This document shows positions 11,701 through 62,763 of a stretch of 64,000 nucleotides of DNA, piece by piece. Each line of letters opens with the position of its first letter. Position 1 is the first letter of the stretch. Below the pieces are notes generated by a model. That model searched no databases. It was not told the origin of the DNA and was given only the letters and a program-made list of their open reading frames with translations. Source of the stretch: Eledone cirrhosa (lineage: Eukaryota); the NCBI GenBank assembly GCA_964016885.1, contig OZ024758.1:4898001-4962000 (forward strand), read 5' to 3'. Made by a program: the position numbers and the translations under genes.

Positions 11701-14700
11701 AAGACAAGAAACTAGGTTACTGCTTTCTTTGTTTCTGTTACTGGGTTAAGTCAGACTGTGGCCATGCTGGGGCACCGCATTTAACAGTTTAATCGTTCAT
11801 ATCGACTCTTTTTCTTTTTATCGATCTTTAAGCTACAATGCATGAATTACACCGGTTTTTAAACGGTGTAAATGCACGCACATTTATAAAACAGGCTTTT
11901 GCGCAGTTTCTGTCTACCCTAAAACACGTCGTTTTGAAGCAAACGTCTAAACTAATACTTAGTTCATGATTTCTGAAAAGTTACTCGAATAATCGCCCAG
12001 TCGTTTATTAAATTTTTGCTAATCTATCTCCGGCGAAATTCTATTTTAAGTGGCAGCATTCTTGTAACAATTAATTTTCTTCATACATGACAAAAAAAAG
12101 TATTTTACTAGAAATCTCATATTTTATAAAATAAATAGGATGGATTGGGGTATTAATATGTAAACTAAACGACTAATTCTGGTTTTTAAGAAATCAGCAG
12201 TCAATCTAGAAAAATTACCGTGCCCTTAGATATATAGAAATCAAACGAGGGCGAATATATTAATATGCGAAAGCTAGTAAAAATAAAATTTAGATGTTAC
12301 TCTTTACATGTTCCGGCTGACTGGCTGGCTCCATGTTGGAGCATCATTTTCTTCTTTTTTTTTAGATTATTCTTTTAAAACCTTGTAATTTTGGAGAAGC
12401 AATCTAGTGTTGACTTATTTGAGTATATAACATTTGTTCTTGAATTATGTCATTAAAAGGGTTAGTTTGTATTTGTTTCTTAGTGTGGAAACCCCTTATG
12501 GATATTTCTGTTTAAAAAAAAAAAAACATCTTTTATAATACATCTTTTATACGACATAATTTTTTTCGTTTTGCTTTTTTTTTTTTTTTTATAACACAGG
12601 CTCGTGCTCTTAACAAATTTTTACCATTAATGGACCGTGTCCTTATCGAGCGATTCCTGCCCGAATTAAAGACGAAGAGTGGTATCATGATCCCTGAGAA
12701 GGCTCAAGGCAAGGTTGTCCAGGGAACTGTGGTGGCATGTGGTCCAGGAAGTAGAACTAAAGTATGTATCTTTATTTTAGAAGTAGATGTTGAATAAATT
12801 CTCATATGCCTACATGCACAACATTTTCTTTTTCATTTCTTTTCATTGAATATAATGAATTAAGCAAAATAATATAGTATTGTTGATTGTATGTAGAATG
12901 ATTTGATGAGAGGATACAAGTTACTGTAAATTAATATTGGTTCCTCTAGAACACAGAAAACAATCCTGGTGTGGACATGTAATTTATAAAGGAGGTGCAT
13001 ACTAGACAGACATACCATGTTACTAATATGTAAATTTAACTAAAAATGTTTATAGAGGAGGTTCAGGCTAGAGAAAGACATACCATACTACTACTCTAAA
13101 TTTAACAACTAAAACTGTTTATATAGCAGGTACATGCTAGACATACCATGCTACTAATGTATAAATTTAAGGGCTATAAGTATTTAAAGAGGCGGTACAT
13201 ACTAGACAAAGACATGCCATACTACTAATCTGTAAATTTAAATATTTATCTTTACAATTTTCTTTACAGGATGGAACTATTATTCCACTTGCTGTCAAGT
13301 TTGGTGATGTTGTCCTACTGCCAGAATATGGTGGTACAAAGGTAGAATTAGACAAAAAGGTGAGATATTCTGTTTTAACTTGTTAAATTAATTTTTTTCT
13401 AATGTTTATAGTAAGAATTTTTAAAGTTAATGATAAGCGTGTGGGGCCCCCATTTGCTCATAATAGTGAGAGATGGGGAGAGACAGGAAGTTGCTGTAGG
13501 AGTTTGGTTCCTTTGTGCTCGGACCTGGTGTTTATATATTTCACGGACACACACAATGTTGTCATCATCATCATCATCATCATCAACGTTTAACGTCCGT
13601 GTTCCACGCTTGCATGGGTTTGGACGGGGGTAGTCCCACTTGAGGCAAGAGTGATTGTCTTGCTCGCATAGGACTGTCTGGCAGGTTTTCTACAGTTGGA
13701 TGCCCTTCCTAACACCAACCACATTTACAGTGTGGGTCTGGGAGGTTTTTACCGTGTTGCCTACACGGCCACATTACAGCGTGGACTGTGTGTTTTTTTG
13801 TCGTGACACCTACACGATCTCATTTGTTTCGGCCCGGATGGCGCGGCACCAACATAACTTTACATAGGACGGGGTGGTGGTGGTGGGACGGGGTGTATTT
13901 TGTTAGAGATGCCTACTGGCAAGGCGGGTCTTCTCTGTTACTGAGTACCGCCAAAGGTCTCGGTCCAGTGACATTGTCTTGGAGAGGTGTAAGTGTGTGA
14001 GGTCGGAGTTTATCAGCTCGTCCCAGGTTTTTCTAGGTCTGCCTATTCCGTGGCTACCGTCTATCTTTATTGCCCTGCACTTTGTTATACAGCTATCGAC
14101 TTTCATGCGCATCACGTGTCCATACCAACGTAGCCTTCTCTCGAGTAAACAACATCTGATCCCTCTTATCTCTAATTTTTTCCTTAGTTCGTTTATGCTT
14201 TGCCGTTCACGTATATTACTGTTACACATCCAGCGGAGCATGCAAGCTTCGTTCCTCTCTAGTCTGCGTATATCCTCTGCACACAATGCCCAGGTCTCAC
14301 TGCCATGCAACATTGCTGTTCGTATGCAGGCATCGTACAACCTGCCTTTCATTTTTAGGGAGAACCCTTTAGCAGCTAATAGTGGTATAAGCTCTCTGAA
14401 CTTTTTCCAACCAGTTCTGACTCTAGCTACAGTACTTTCAGAGCACCCTCCCCCACTGCTGATTTTATCGCCCAGGTAACGGAAGCTGTCCACTATTTCT
14501 ATAGAACCCTCTGCGCAATTGAAAGAGCTAGTATTGTGTGGGCACTTGCTGCTACTTATTGCACCAGAACACCGGCCACATGTAAAATCTATGTTCTTAG
14601 TTAGCTTACCTGTGATCCCACTACATCTTTTATGCACCCATACTTTGCATTTAGGACACAAAATGGAGTTTCTACCTACGCCTTTCCTACACACCGAGCA

Positions 14701-16681
14701 CGACCATTTCCCAGAAGGGACCGCCGCCTTGTTTTCTTTCCTACAAACTAGAACTTTGGTCTTAGCCAGGTTAATTTTAAGTCCTTTTGACTCTAGGCCG
14801 TGCTTCCATGTTTGGAATTTCTTCTCTAGCTCGGCCATTGATTCCGCTATGAGTGTCAGGTCGTCTGCGTATAGGAGTTCCCATGGGCAGCCTGTCTTGA
14901 ACTCCTCTGTTATAGCCTGAAGGGCAATAATAAATAGTAGGGGGCTGAGAACAGAGCCCTGATGGACGCCAACTTTTACGCTAAACTCTTCACTATATTC
15001 GTTGTTAATTCTAACCTTGCTGACTGTTTCTTTATACATGGCTTGTATAGCCCTCACATAGCCGTCAACGCCTAGTTTTCTAAGAGCCCACCAGATAATG
15101 GAGCGGGGGACTCTGTCGAAGGCTTTCTCCAAGTCGACAAAAGCTAAGTAGAGGGGTTTACCTTTAGCTAGGTACTTCTCCTGTAGTTGTCGTACTATGA
15201 AAAGAGCGTCTGTGGTACTTTTGCCTGACACAAACCCGAACTGCATTTCATCTAGGTCAATTCTCTCTCTGGTTGTGCCTAAAGAAATTAAGAACCATAT
15301 AGTAGCCTTTAAATTCATAGAATTACCTTCCTTGTTCTGGAAAATAAACTTTGTCCATGTGTAGTGGTGATGGTGGTCTAGTTTTAACTTGTCATTTGAT
15401 GTTATGTTGATATTTAGAAGAAAAACTTGTAGTGGACCGTTGTGTGTGTGTATATATATATGTCTAGGATCCTGAAACCTTCGGTAATGGAGTTGTTATA
15501 TATTGTGTTGATCACTTTCTAATTAAATAGCTCTGTTTTATACATAGAGCACTCTTTTTTTCCTTTGCTTTTTCTTCGGAAATACTTAACATATATATAT
15601 ATATATATGAAGGCACATGGCTTAATGGTTAGAGCATTGGGCTTGCAATCGAAAGGTTGTGAGTTCAATTCTCAGACCGGGTGATGTGTTGTTTCCTTGA
15701 GCAAGACACTTTATTTCACATTGCTCCAGTTTTCTCAGCTGTAGAAATGAGATGATAGGGACTGGGGTCCCTATCATTCCACTGCAAAGAGGTTGTGGAG
15801 GGGCCACGGCAAAAAAGCACCCAGCACTCACTGTAAATGAGGTTGGTGTTAGGAAGGGCATCCAGCTGTAGAAATCAAGCCAGAATCGGTTCCCGTCCCA
15901 CCCTTGCAAGCAGGGAAAAGCGGACGTAAAATGATGATGACGATATATATATATAATTTTGGAAGAAACGGAGCTGTGTGGTTATTTGATAAAGTGTATT
16001 TAAAAATAAAAGGAAAAGCACGAGCAGGGGCCAATCGCTTCTTCAGTTGTCTGCTGGAAATCACGGACATTTCAACACCAGTTTGTCTTTAATGCGTTAA
16101 AATGTCTGATCTCTGGCAGACAACTGAAAAAGGGATTGTCCCCTGCACGTACTTTCCTTTTATTTTTAAATATATATACATAGATAGATCAACTTGCTTT
16201 GGTAAACTCAGTTATATACCAGTTTTCCATGTATTTTATATAATATAGTCTACACTGTAAATGTGGTTCATGTTAGGAAGAGCATCCAGCTGTAAAGAAC
16301 CTGCCTGAGACACTTCCGTATGAGCGAGAGAGTCTCCCAACCATTCCCGCATCAAATGGAATAAAACCGTCTAACCCTTGTTAGCGTGGAAGATGGAAGT
16401 TAAACAACCACTTCCTAGGAACTCTACCAAAGCAAGTTGATCTGATGAACAAAACAAGATCAACTTCTCTTGAGGGGAACTCTGGAAAGTCTTTGACAAT
16501 TCTTTCCATTACGGTTTTTCTGTAATTTGGTTCCATACTAACAGATTGTTTCTTACCTAACCATAACCATACTTCTTACTCTGATGTTGGCTGCATTTCT
16601 ATATTGTTGTTTTTTTCTTTTGTTTTGCAGGAATATTTTCTATTCAGAGATGCTGATATACTTGGAAAATTTGAATCATAA
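8727..16681 (+). CDS. HSPE1: Mitochondrial co-chaperonin HSP10, complete (join 8727-8729, 12600-12761, 13270-13359, 16631-16681), 101 aa
   Basis: M|ARALNKFLPLMDRVLIERFLPELKTKSGIMIPEKAQGKVVQGTVVACGPGSRTK|DGTIIPLAVKFGDVVLLPEYGGTKVELDKK|EYFLFRDADILGKFES*; Cpn10 motifs; all junctions GT-AG, phase 0; absent from the ORF track because the exons are short. Confidence 0.96.
10436..11061. repeat. Minisatellite, 31-bp unit, ~20 copies, in HSP10 intron 1
   Basis: AAGAATATATTCCTGTGGAGGTATATTGTAT. Confidence 0.95.
12600..12761 (+). CDS. HSPE1: HSP10 exon 2
   Basis: Poly-T plus ACAG acceptor; FLPLMDRVLIER...GPG; donor AAA|GTATGT. Confidence 0.96.
13270..13359 (+). CDS. HSPE1: HSP10 exon 3
   Basis: TTTACAG acceptor; VKFGDVVLLPEYGGTKV; donor AAG|GTGAGA. 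Confidence 0.96.
13561..15272 (-). mobile_element. 5'-truncated RTE-clade LINE (RT ORF 13903-~15270, 3' UTR, (GAT)n tail) in HSP10 intron 3, antisense
   Basis: Uninterrupted frame with QFGF, FVDLEKAFD, GVHQGSVLSPLLF, LYADD, FRYLG, RLRWYGHVMR and GRPRKTW; ends in GACGTTAAACGTT(GAT)n. Confidence 0.95.
15612..15942 (+). mobile_element. tRNA-derived SINE with CORE-like body and RTE-derived tail
   Basis: A box TGGCTTAATGG, B box GAGTTCAATTC, body CCTTGAGCAAGACACTTTATTTCACATTGCTCCAG, (GAT)n tail. Confidence 0.85.
16631..16681 (+). CDS. HSPE1: HSP10 exon 4 coding part
   Basis: TTTTGCAG acceptor; EYFLFRDADILGKFES-TAA; candidate polyA signals ATTAAA 16921 and AATAAA 17518. Confidence 0.95.
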   Translation, partial: EYFLFRDADILGKFES

Positions 16682-17040
16682 AGTCACCTGTAATAGTAAC
16701 TGCAGTTTTCTGTCCGCACACACTACTATATATGTTAGAAGTTGGGGAGGAAGAAATGCACTGATTGTTGTATGAGCTTGCAGACTAATGACACCTGAAA
16801 ACATATACTAAATGGCATATTTACATATTCCAGAGTAATATCACCATAAACTCCTGTTTAGATTTAATTTATTTGGTGTTTCCTGGAATGGATTTCAGGT
16901 GTTGTTGTGTCTGGCTTGTTATTAAATTTAGAAGTTTCTTTTAAGCTGCTTTATTTTTTATTTAACTAATCATTATCTGCTTTTTTCTTTTAAGTTTCTG
17001 GGAAAATTCTGGGTGCTACCTTAAAGATATCTTCTGCACT

Positions 17041-17264
17041 TTAACCCCTTTAGCATTTACATTACTCTATATATACTATTGTATTTTTGTAGTAAAGGCT
17101 TTATCTTACATAATTATCTCACATAATATCAAATATCAATATGAGATTTTGATGCTATTTATTTTGTGAACAATACCTTAACATCAGTATAAGCAGCCAG
17201 TTATGGCCAGTTTGAACAGAAAAAAGTGAAAGAATTATGACCGGTTTAAATGCTAAAGGGTTAA
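17041..17264 (+). mobile_element. piggyBac-type MITE, full length, in or just after the HSP10 3' UTR
   Basis: TTAA|CCCCTTTAGCATTTA ... TAAATGCTAAAGGG|TTAA. Confidence 0.85.
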
Positions 17265-20098
17265 AACAAGTGTTCATTTCAGCAAGTAACTCTTAAAGCT
17301 TCTCTCACATTCTGTGCTCAATTTCTTCCTCTTTGACATATACCATCAAATCATTGAAATCATTTCTACCTGAAAAACAACAAAATCCTATTTTCTATCA
17401 TTGATTTATTTTCCATTCAATGTAGTTTTTTTGTTTTTTTTTTGTTTGTTTTATATAGCTTATCAGAAACTCCCAAATATTCTGTACATATGATCAATTT
17501 GAAGATTGTTATTCATAAATAAAATCATAAAATATACTCTTGCTTCCTGATTTGTCTTATTTTTTAACTGTATATATATATATATGTGTGTGTGTGTGTT
17601 AGAAAGACTTAGTGCCCAATGGCTGAACTCTTGCCATTTCAAGAGCTGGTTCCAGCTGTTGATATGGCATGAGCTTAGTCATTGGGTCCCGACTCTTTCT
17701 AATATAGTCACATTCAATTATCTCAAGTACTGTGTTGAATAATGGGCCAACTGGTTTAATCCTTAATCCTTATATATATATATATATATAATAAACAAGT
17801 AAAGTTCGACTTAAAATTTGAATGTGGGTTATCCATTGTCACATGACTAGACATCAAAGGGGAGGTAAGCTGGTTCTCACTAGTTTCAGGAGAGACGTTA
17901 TGTATTCAAATTGAAAAAAATAACTGGCCATGAATCACTCAACTGAGGCTTACATATAGAAAGCAAAAACAATTGCAAAGAATTAATAAATAAATCGTGG
18001 GGCAGAATCCTCAAACACTCCTTCCAGCAGGTCCTGTCAGAAGCAACCATCTCTGGCTGGGTCCCCAAGTGAGACCAGCCAAGCTCATGAATGTTATCCA
18101 ACCATCTTGGCCTTTGGGTCTCTTGCCAGTTGGTTTTGACCATAAAGTCTGTCCAGCAATTCTTTCCCGAGACATTCTAACCACATACCTATAGTATCAG
18201 AGAAGTAGAGGCTCTACCTGGAGTGACTGATCTCCGAGCTAGAAATCTGTCCAGCAATTCTTTCCTGATACATTCTAACCATATGACCATCATATCGGAG
18301 CTGTAATCTTCCAATTCAGAGAAGTAGCGGCTCTATCTGGTTTGACTCTGATCTCCAAGCTACAAATCTGTCCAGTAATTCTTTCCTGAGACATTCTAAC
18401 CACATACCCATAGTATAGGAGTTGTGATCTCTCAATTCAGAGAAATAGCGGCTCTACCTGGAGTGACTCTGATCTCCGAGTTATGCACTGATTGGAAGTG
18501 GTATCCTAACTGGCAGGTGTAAAATCAGTTGGCTGGAATTTGCAGACAACGGGATGTTACTCAACTCGAGAGATGATCTTCGACTTGCACTTATCTAATA
18601 GGAAAACACGAAGTTACCGATGAAGAACTGACCTTAAGAAGCGAAATTAGTGGTGGTTGTTGAAGAAAGATGATAAACAAATACAATAATCTTAAAATGT
18701 AGTTTACTTGAAGCATTGTATATGATATATAATGTGGAAAGAGATATATGAATAAGCAATGCAAAATGGACTGTAAGATGGAGGTAACGAAAAATTAAGT
18801 TACCTGCTAAGTCCCAAAATATTAGGACGAAAGAAAGCGAAACAAAACAAAGATTACCAGGTAACTTAATTTTTCGTTACCTTCATCTTACTGTCCATTT
18901 TGCATTGTTTATATTTCCACATTACAATATTTTTGGTGTGAGATAAAATTTTACTTCACTTCTGTACAAAGAAAAAAAGAATGTTTACTATACTATGTTT
19001 GATTACAAATTGACAAGTTGTTTCAGGATGTACATAGCAGTATAGATAGCAAGGGAGCTGTGTTGTTTATATGAAGAGGCAGATGATTCTGTGTGTGTGT
19101 GTGTGTGGTTGAAGTGTTGGTGGAAGAATTGCTGTTGGGGCCATTGTCGACAGGGCCGACGATTTTTTTTTTTTTTTTTTTTTTTTTTTACTAAGTGCTA
19201 CATCTCGCGCTATTTGCTTGAGCAGGTCTAAGTGATGCTTCTCTTCCGAGTTACCAGAGGTGACTGAGAGAAAGAAGAACTTATCTCGTTTTCATCTCAA
19301 GCTGACGAGCCATTCCAGACAAAATGACACCAATTGAAACAAACAGAAATAGCAGTCACATGTCATTCGGGGGTCAGTATGTGTGCGAAAAGATTTCGCT
19401 ATGCAAAGTGGAGGTTAAAACAATGATTAATTTTAATACAGAAAACTTACAAAAAATTATAAATAAATTTACATATAAACACTATTTTTGGGGATTATTC
19501 ATAAGGTTCTTAGCAATAATTAATTAATTATATGCATTTAGTATTTAATCTTATATAATTGTTATATGATGATAAAACATTATTTAATTACGAAAATAAA
19601 CCTACTATTATATATAATCAATATGATTTACAAAAAAGCTAGAATAGCTCTTCCAGCGCGTCTCCTTCACCATCCTCTGGGGAAACACCTCTATTCTGTC
19701 CACCAGAGCCGTGGGGGCAGCCAGCGTGGGTCCCCATTTGCTCATAACAGTGAGAGATGGTGAGATTGCAAGAGACGGTGACAGTGGGAGTTTGGTTCCT
19801 TTTTGTTCGAACCTGGTGTGTATGTATATATTTCACAGACACACATTCAAACTGAGGCAACTTCATTTGAGATATATGCAAGTATATGTTGAATAATGAC
19901 AGCTATGCTATTTTTGTTTATAATTTCAAATAAACAAATCAATAGAAAAAAAACGGGGGAAGTCCTGCACATTCATTTACATGCTACAAGTAATGTTAGA
20001 GTTTCTGACTAAATATTTCAGGGGTAAGCCGCGCTTTCATTGTATGTTTTTGCGTATTATATTTATAAGGTTCCGAGCAATAATTAATTGTATATATA

Positions 20099-20432
20099 TG
20101 AGGGTTGAAGAGGTTTAAAGGCTGACCAAGATACTCTCATGGAATGACCGAATGGAGTTTATTTTTCAACATAGTCCCTGGAAAGAAACAATATACTTAT
20201 TAATAAGAAGAGTTGAAATCAATGCACGCAAGATTTCACAACTCTAGCATCACTCCTTCGTAGGCTGACTAAGATGCTCTCGTGGAATGTCCGAATGAGG
20301 TTTATTTTTCAACATAATCCCGGGAAAGAAACAATGTAGTTATTAATAAGAAGAGTTGAAATTAATGCATACAAGATTTTACAACCCTAGCATCACTCCT
20401 TCATAGTCAGCTTATGAACTTTTCAGTCGATC
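20099..20432. mobile_element. Mariner-like MITE with internal ~140-bp tandem duplication; relatives ~30574-30623 (-) and 55690-56700
   Basis: GGCTGAC.AAGAT.CTCTC.TGGAATG.CCGAATG..GTTTATTTTTCAACATA occurs twice; ends resemble TA-flanked inverted termini. Confidence 0.6.
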
Positions 20433-20833
20433 CAAGCATTGCTATCTGAAATAAATGTAATAAAAAATCAAATAAAAAGAAATATACCATAATATAATTT
20501 TCTACTTTTGGCACAAGGCCAGCAATTATCTCAGTGCATTACTGGTACTTTATTTTATCAACCCCGTAAGGATGAAAGGCAAAGTTAACCTCGGCGGGAT
20601 TTGAACTCAGATAATAAAGGGCCGTAACTGTATGCTGCAAAGCATGGCGTCCGACATTCTACCGATACTGCCAATCAATTTCACATAACACAATATATTT
20701 TCATTTAGAGTAACCTCCCCCTGTTCTCTCATAACTGCCACCGGGTGTCGCGGTAGTTAATAATGTCGCCAATCTATAAAGAAGTTGGCAACGTAAACAA
20801 AAGTTTGTTTTGACTCTATTTAACATTGACTTT

Positions 20834-59221
<38,388 letters not shown>

Positions 59222-59335
59222 ACTGTCTTTCTTGAAAACTGAATCACTTTTATTCAAACAACTAGTTTGCTGTGAATATGCATCTTTATGTCTGTGTGTA
59301 TACATATATACATATATAAATATATATATAGATAT

Positions 59336-59373
<38 letters not shown>

Positions 59374-59785
59374 GTATATATATATATACATATATACACG
59401 CGCACACACACACATATATATGTGTGTATATATATATATACAGAGAGGGAGGAGAGAGTGTGTGTCTCTCCAAAAAATCTATACCCACTTTCATTAGAAT
59501 GATGTTGGAAGTGTGTATACATTTTTGTAGGACACCCTGTATATATATATATGCATATGCGATTTTCTGTGAAAATTTATTTGTGTGCTATTTGGTTATT
59601 CAAAAAAGTAAAGCATAAATCTGAAATTATATAATATATTGTAAGTTGAATAACTCTTTATAATTAAATGAAAGCAATTTCAGATAACGTTTGGCCTTTT
59701 TCTCTCTTCATTGTCAGTATTTAAATCAAATATAATATAATCATACACATACACACACACACAGAATCACTACACATATGCATAT

Positions 59786-59836
<51 letters not shown>

Positions 59837-61181
59837 CACTCACACACTAAAACATACACAAACACACTCACTCACTACACATACTACATACAGACACTAT
59901 ACACACACATACATACTACACATGCATACTTACTCCACACATACACACATACTCATTACACACACATACGCACTACATACATACTCACTAACCCCCCCCA
60001 CACACACACACATACCCACCTTTGTCTCATTTTGAGCATTTAAATCAAATATAATCACATACACATATATACTCACTATACACACATTACTACACACACA
60101 TACATAACCACTACTTAGTCATAAATAAACACACTTAAGTAAGTCATTGACCAAATATTCTATATACACACTGGATTGTGATTAATAAGTTTATTTGGTA
60201 TTCATCTTTGATCAACTCTGGGTGTGAGTATGTCATGCCTGAAAGGAAGGTTGGCTGGTAAGAGAAGCAGAGGCTGACAGCCAAAACAATGGCTTAATAA
60301 TGTCAACTTATGGACTGGACTTGATCTTTGCTCTTTAAACTCTGCTGTTGGCGATTGAAAGGTAATATATATGCCTGGAAGGAAGGTTCGCTGGTAAGAG
60401 AAGCAGAGGCCGGCAGCCAAAACAATGTCAACCTATGGACTGAACTTGATCTTTGCTGTTGGTGATCAAATTTTGTGCAGATAAATATCTCATGTTGAGG
60501 CGCAGTTTGCAACTGGTGGAGTTTAGCGTCAAAGTAGTTTGATGAATATAAGATACAGGTATGTTTTGGTATCCATCTTTGAAGAATGTAAGATAAAGGT
60601 ATGTATGTCTGTCTGGTTTAGATGTTTACTATACAATTACATAACTTCAGTTTGATTACAAGAGAGACATCTTTTATATAACCTTGAACTGACCAATCCT
60701 AAGAGCATCGGATTCACAATCGTGAGGTTGTGATTTTAACTCCTGGACTGCGCGATGCGTTATGTCCTTGAGCAAGACTCTTTATTTCACGTTGCTCCTA
60801 TCTGACAATTTACATTTTCCTCTTTATAAATATATTATGTCATCCTTGTTTTAAAGAAGTAATACGACGCTGAGTGCTTAAAGTGAATTCCATCCTTGTA
60901 TACCGAATCATCATCATCATCATCATCATCAATGGGCGGTGAATTGGCAGTATCGGTAGAGGGTTGGACGCCATGATTTCTAGCATAGTTACGTCCCTTT
61001 ATGGTCCGATTTCAAATCCTGTCGAGGTTAACTTTGCCTTTCATCCTTACGGGGTCGATAAAATAAAGTACCAGTAATATATTGGGTATTGCTGGCCTTG
61101 AGCCTAAAGTAGAAACAATTATGATCATCATTATTTAACGTCCAATGGCTATATACCACTAAGCCATGTGCCTCCATGTGC

Positions 61182-61228
<47 letters not shown>

Positions 61229-61288
61229 TCACGGAATTACTTCACATATATATATATATATATATTTACATATATATATATATATATT

Positions 61289-61320
<32 letters not shown>

Positions 61321-61449
61321 TTTAATATTTATATATATATATGTATATATATATATATAAATATATTTATATATATATGTATATATATATATATATATAT
61401 ATTTACATATATATATATATTTATATATATATATATATATATATTTACA

Positions 61450-61484
<35 letters not shown>

Positions 61485-61492
61485 TTAATATT

Positions 61493-61528
<36 letters not shown>

Positions 61529-61604
61529 AATATATTTATATATATATGTATATATATATATAAATATATTTATATATATATGTATATATATATATAAATA
61601 TATT

Positions 61605-61636
<32 letters not shown>

Positions 61637-61798
61637 TTTACATAGATATATATATTTATATATATATATATATTTACACATATATATATATATTTACACA
61701 TATATATATATATATATTTACATATATATATATATATATATTTACACACATATATATATATATATATTTACACATATATATATATATATATATATATT

Positions 61799-61840
<42 letters not shown>

Positions 61841-62280
61841 TATTATTGCTCCATCATCATCGTTCTCATACATTTTCTTCCACAATTTAGAACCAATCTT
61901 TTTCTTTGCCATAGAATTCCATTGGTTTTCCTTCATTTTTCTCAAATCTCCAGCAAGTCTCTTAACTCTCCCTGACATTTCTCTTGCTTTACAACTTTCC
62001 ACTTCACTGAGATAAGATTTTTCACCTTCTAACACATCCACATGTTTCTTTTTTCTTTTCTCTCTTCTTCCTTTCTTCTTTCTTTCTTTTTTTCTCTTTC
62101 TTTCTTTCTCTCTGTTCTCTCTGTTCTTTCTCTCTTTTTTTTCCTCTTTCCTTCTTTCTCTCTGTTCTTTCTTTCTTTCTTTCTTTCTGTTTCTTCTCTC
62201 TTTCCTTCTTTCTCTCTCTCACTTTTCCCTCATTCCTTCCTTTCTTTCATTCTATGTCTTTCTATCTTCCTTCCTCTCTT

Positions 62281-62313
<33 letters not shown>

Positions 62314-62402
62314 TTCATTTTATCTTTTCTCTCTCTCTCCTTCATTTCTTTCTCTCATCTCTTCGGCCTTCATCATGGAAATTATTGGATGTTATCAGCT
62401 AT

Positions 62403-62443
<41 letters not shown>

Positions 62444-62763
62444 TTTGATTTTGTTAACTTAATGCTGTTTTGAACTATATATCCTACAAACTGTTAATGT
62501 GATTTCCACCATATCTGTCATGACTATTCTAATTTCACTCATGCCTGAGCAGTATCCTACTCTGTCAAATGACTTGAGTTAACCTAATAGAGGTTGGCAA
62601 ATTATACAGAACTTACGGATCATACACAGTTTATTCTATATATTTACACAACATTTCCAATGTTACTGGAACCAAAAGGTACACTGAATTATCGAAAGAA
62701 ATGTCAAGCAAAACGAGAAACAAAAAACAAACATCTAATACTTATATTGATTGAAATATCAGT

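Noticed and set aside
13979-14920. Plus-strand ORFs of 166 and 133 aa
   Set aside because: Antisense shadows of the RTE ORF.
15612-15685. tRNA gene (also 26454 and 51316)
   Set aside because: A and B boxes are present, but the acceptor stem is poor and the sequence runs into a SINE body and LINE-derived tail.
20780-20800. RFX X-box (GTTGGCAAC) upstream of MINDY4
   Set aside because: Only a half-site-like match; too weak without conservation data.
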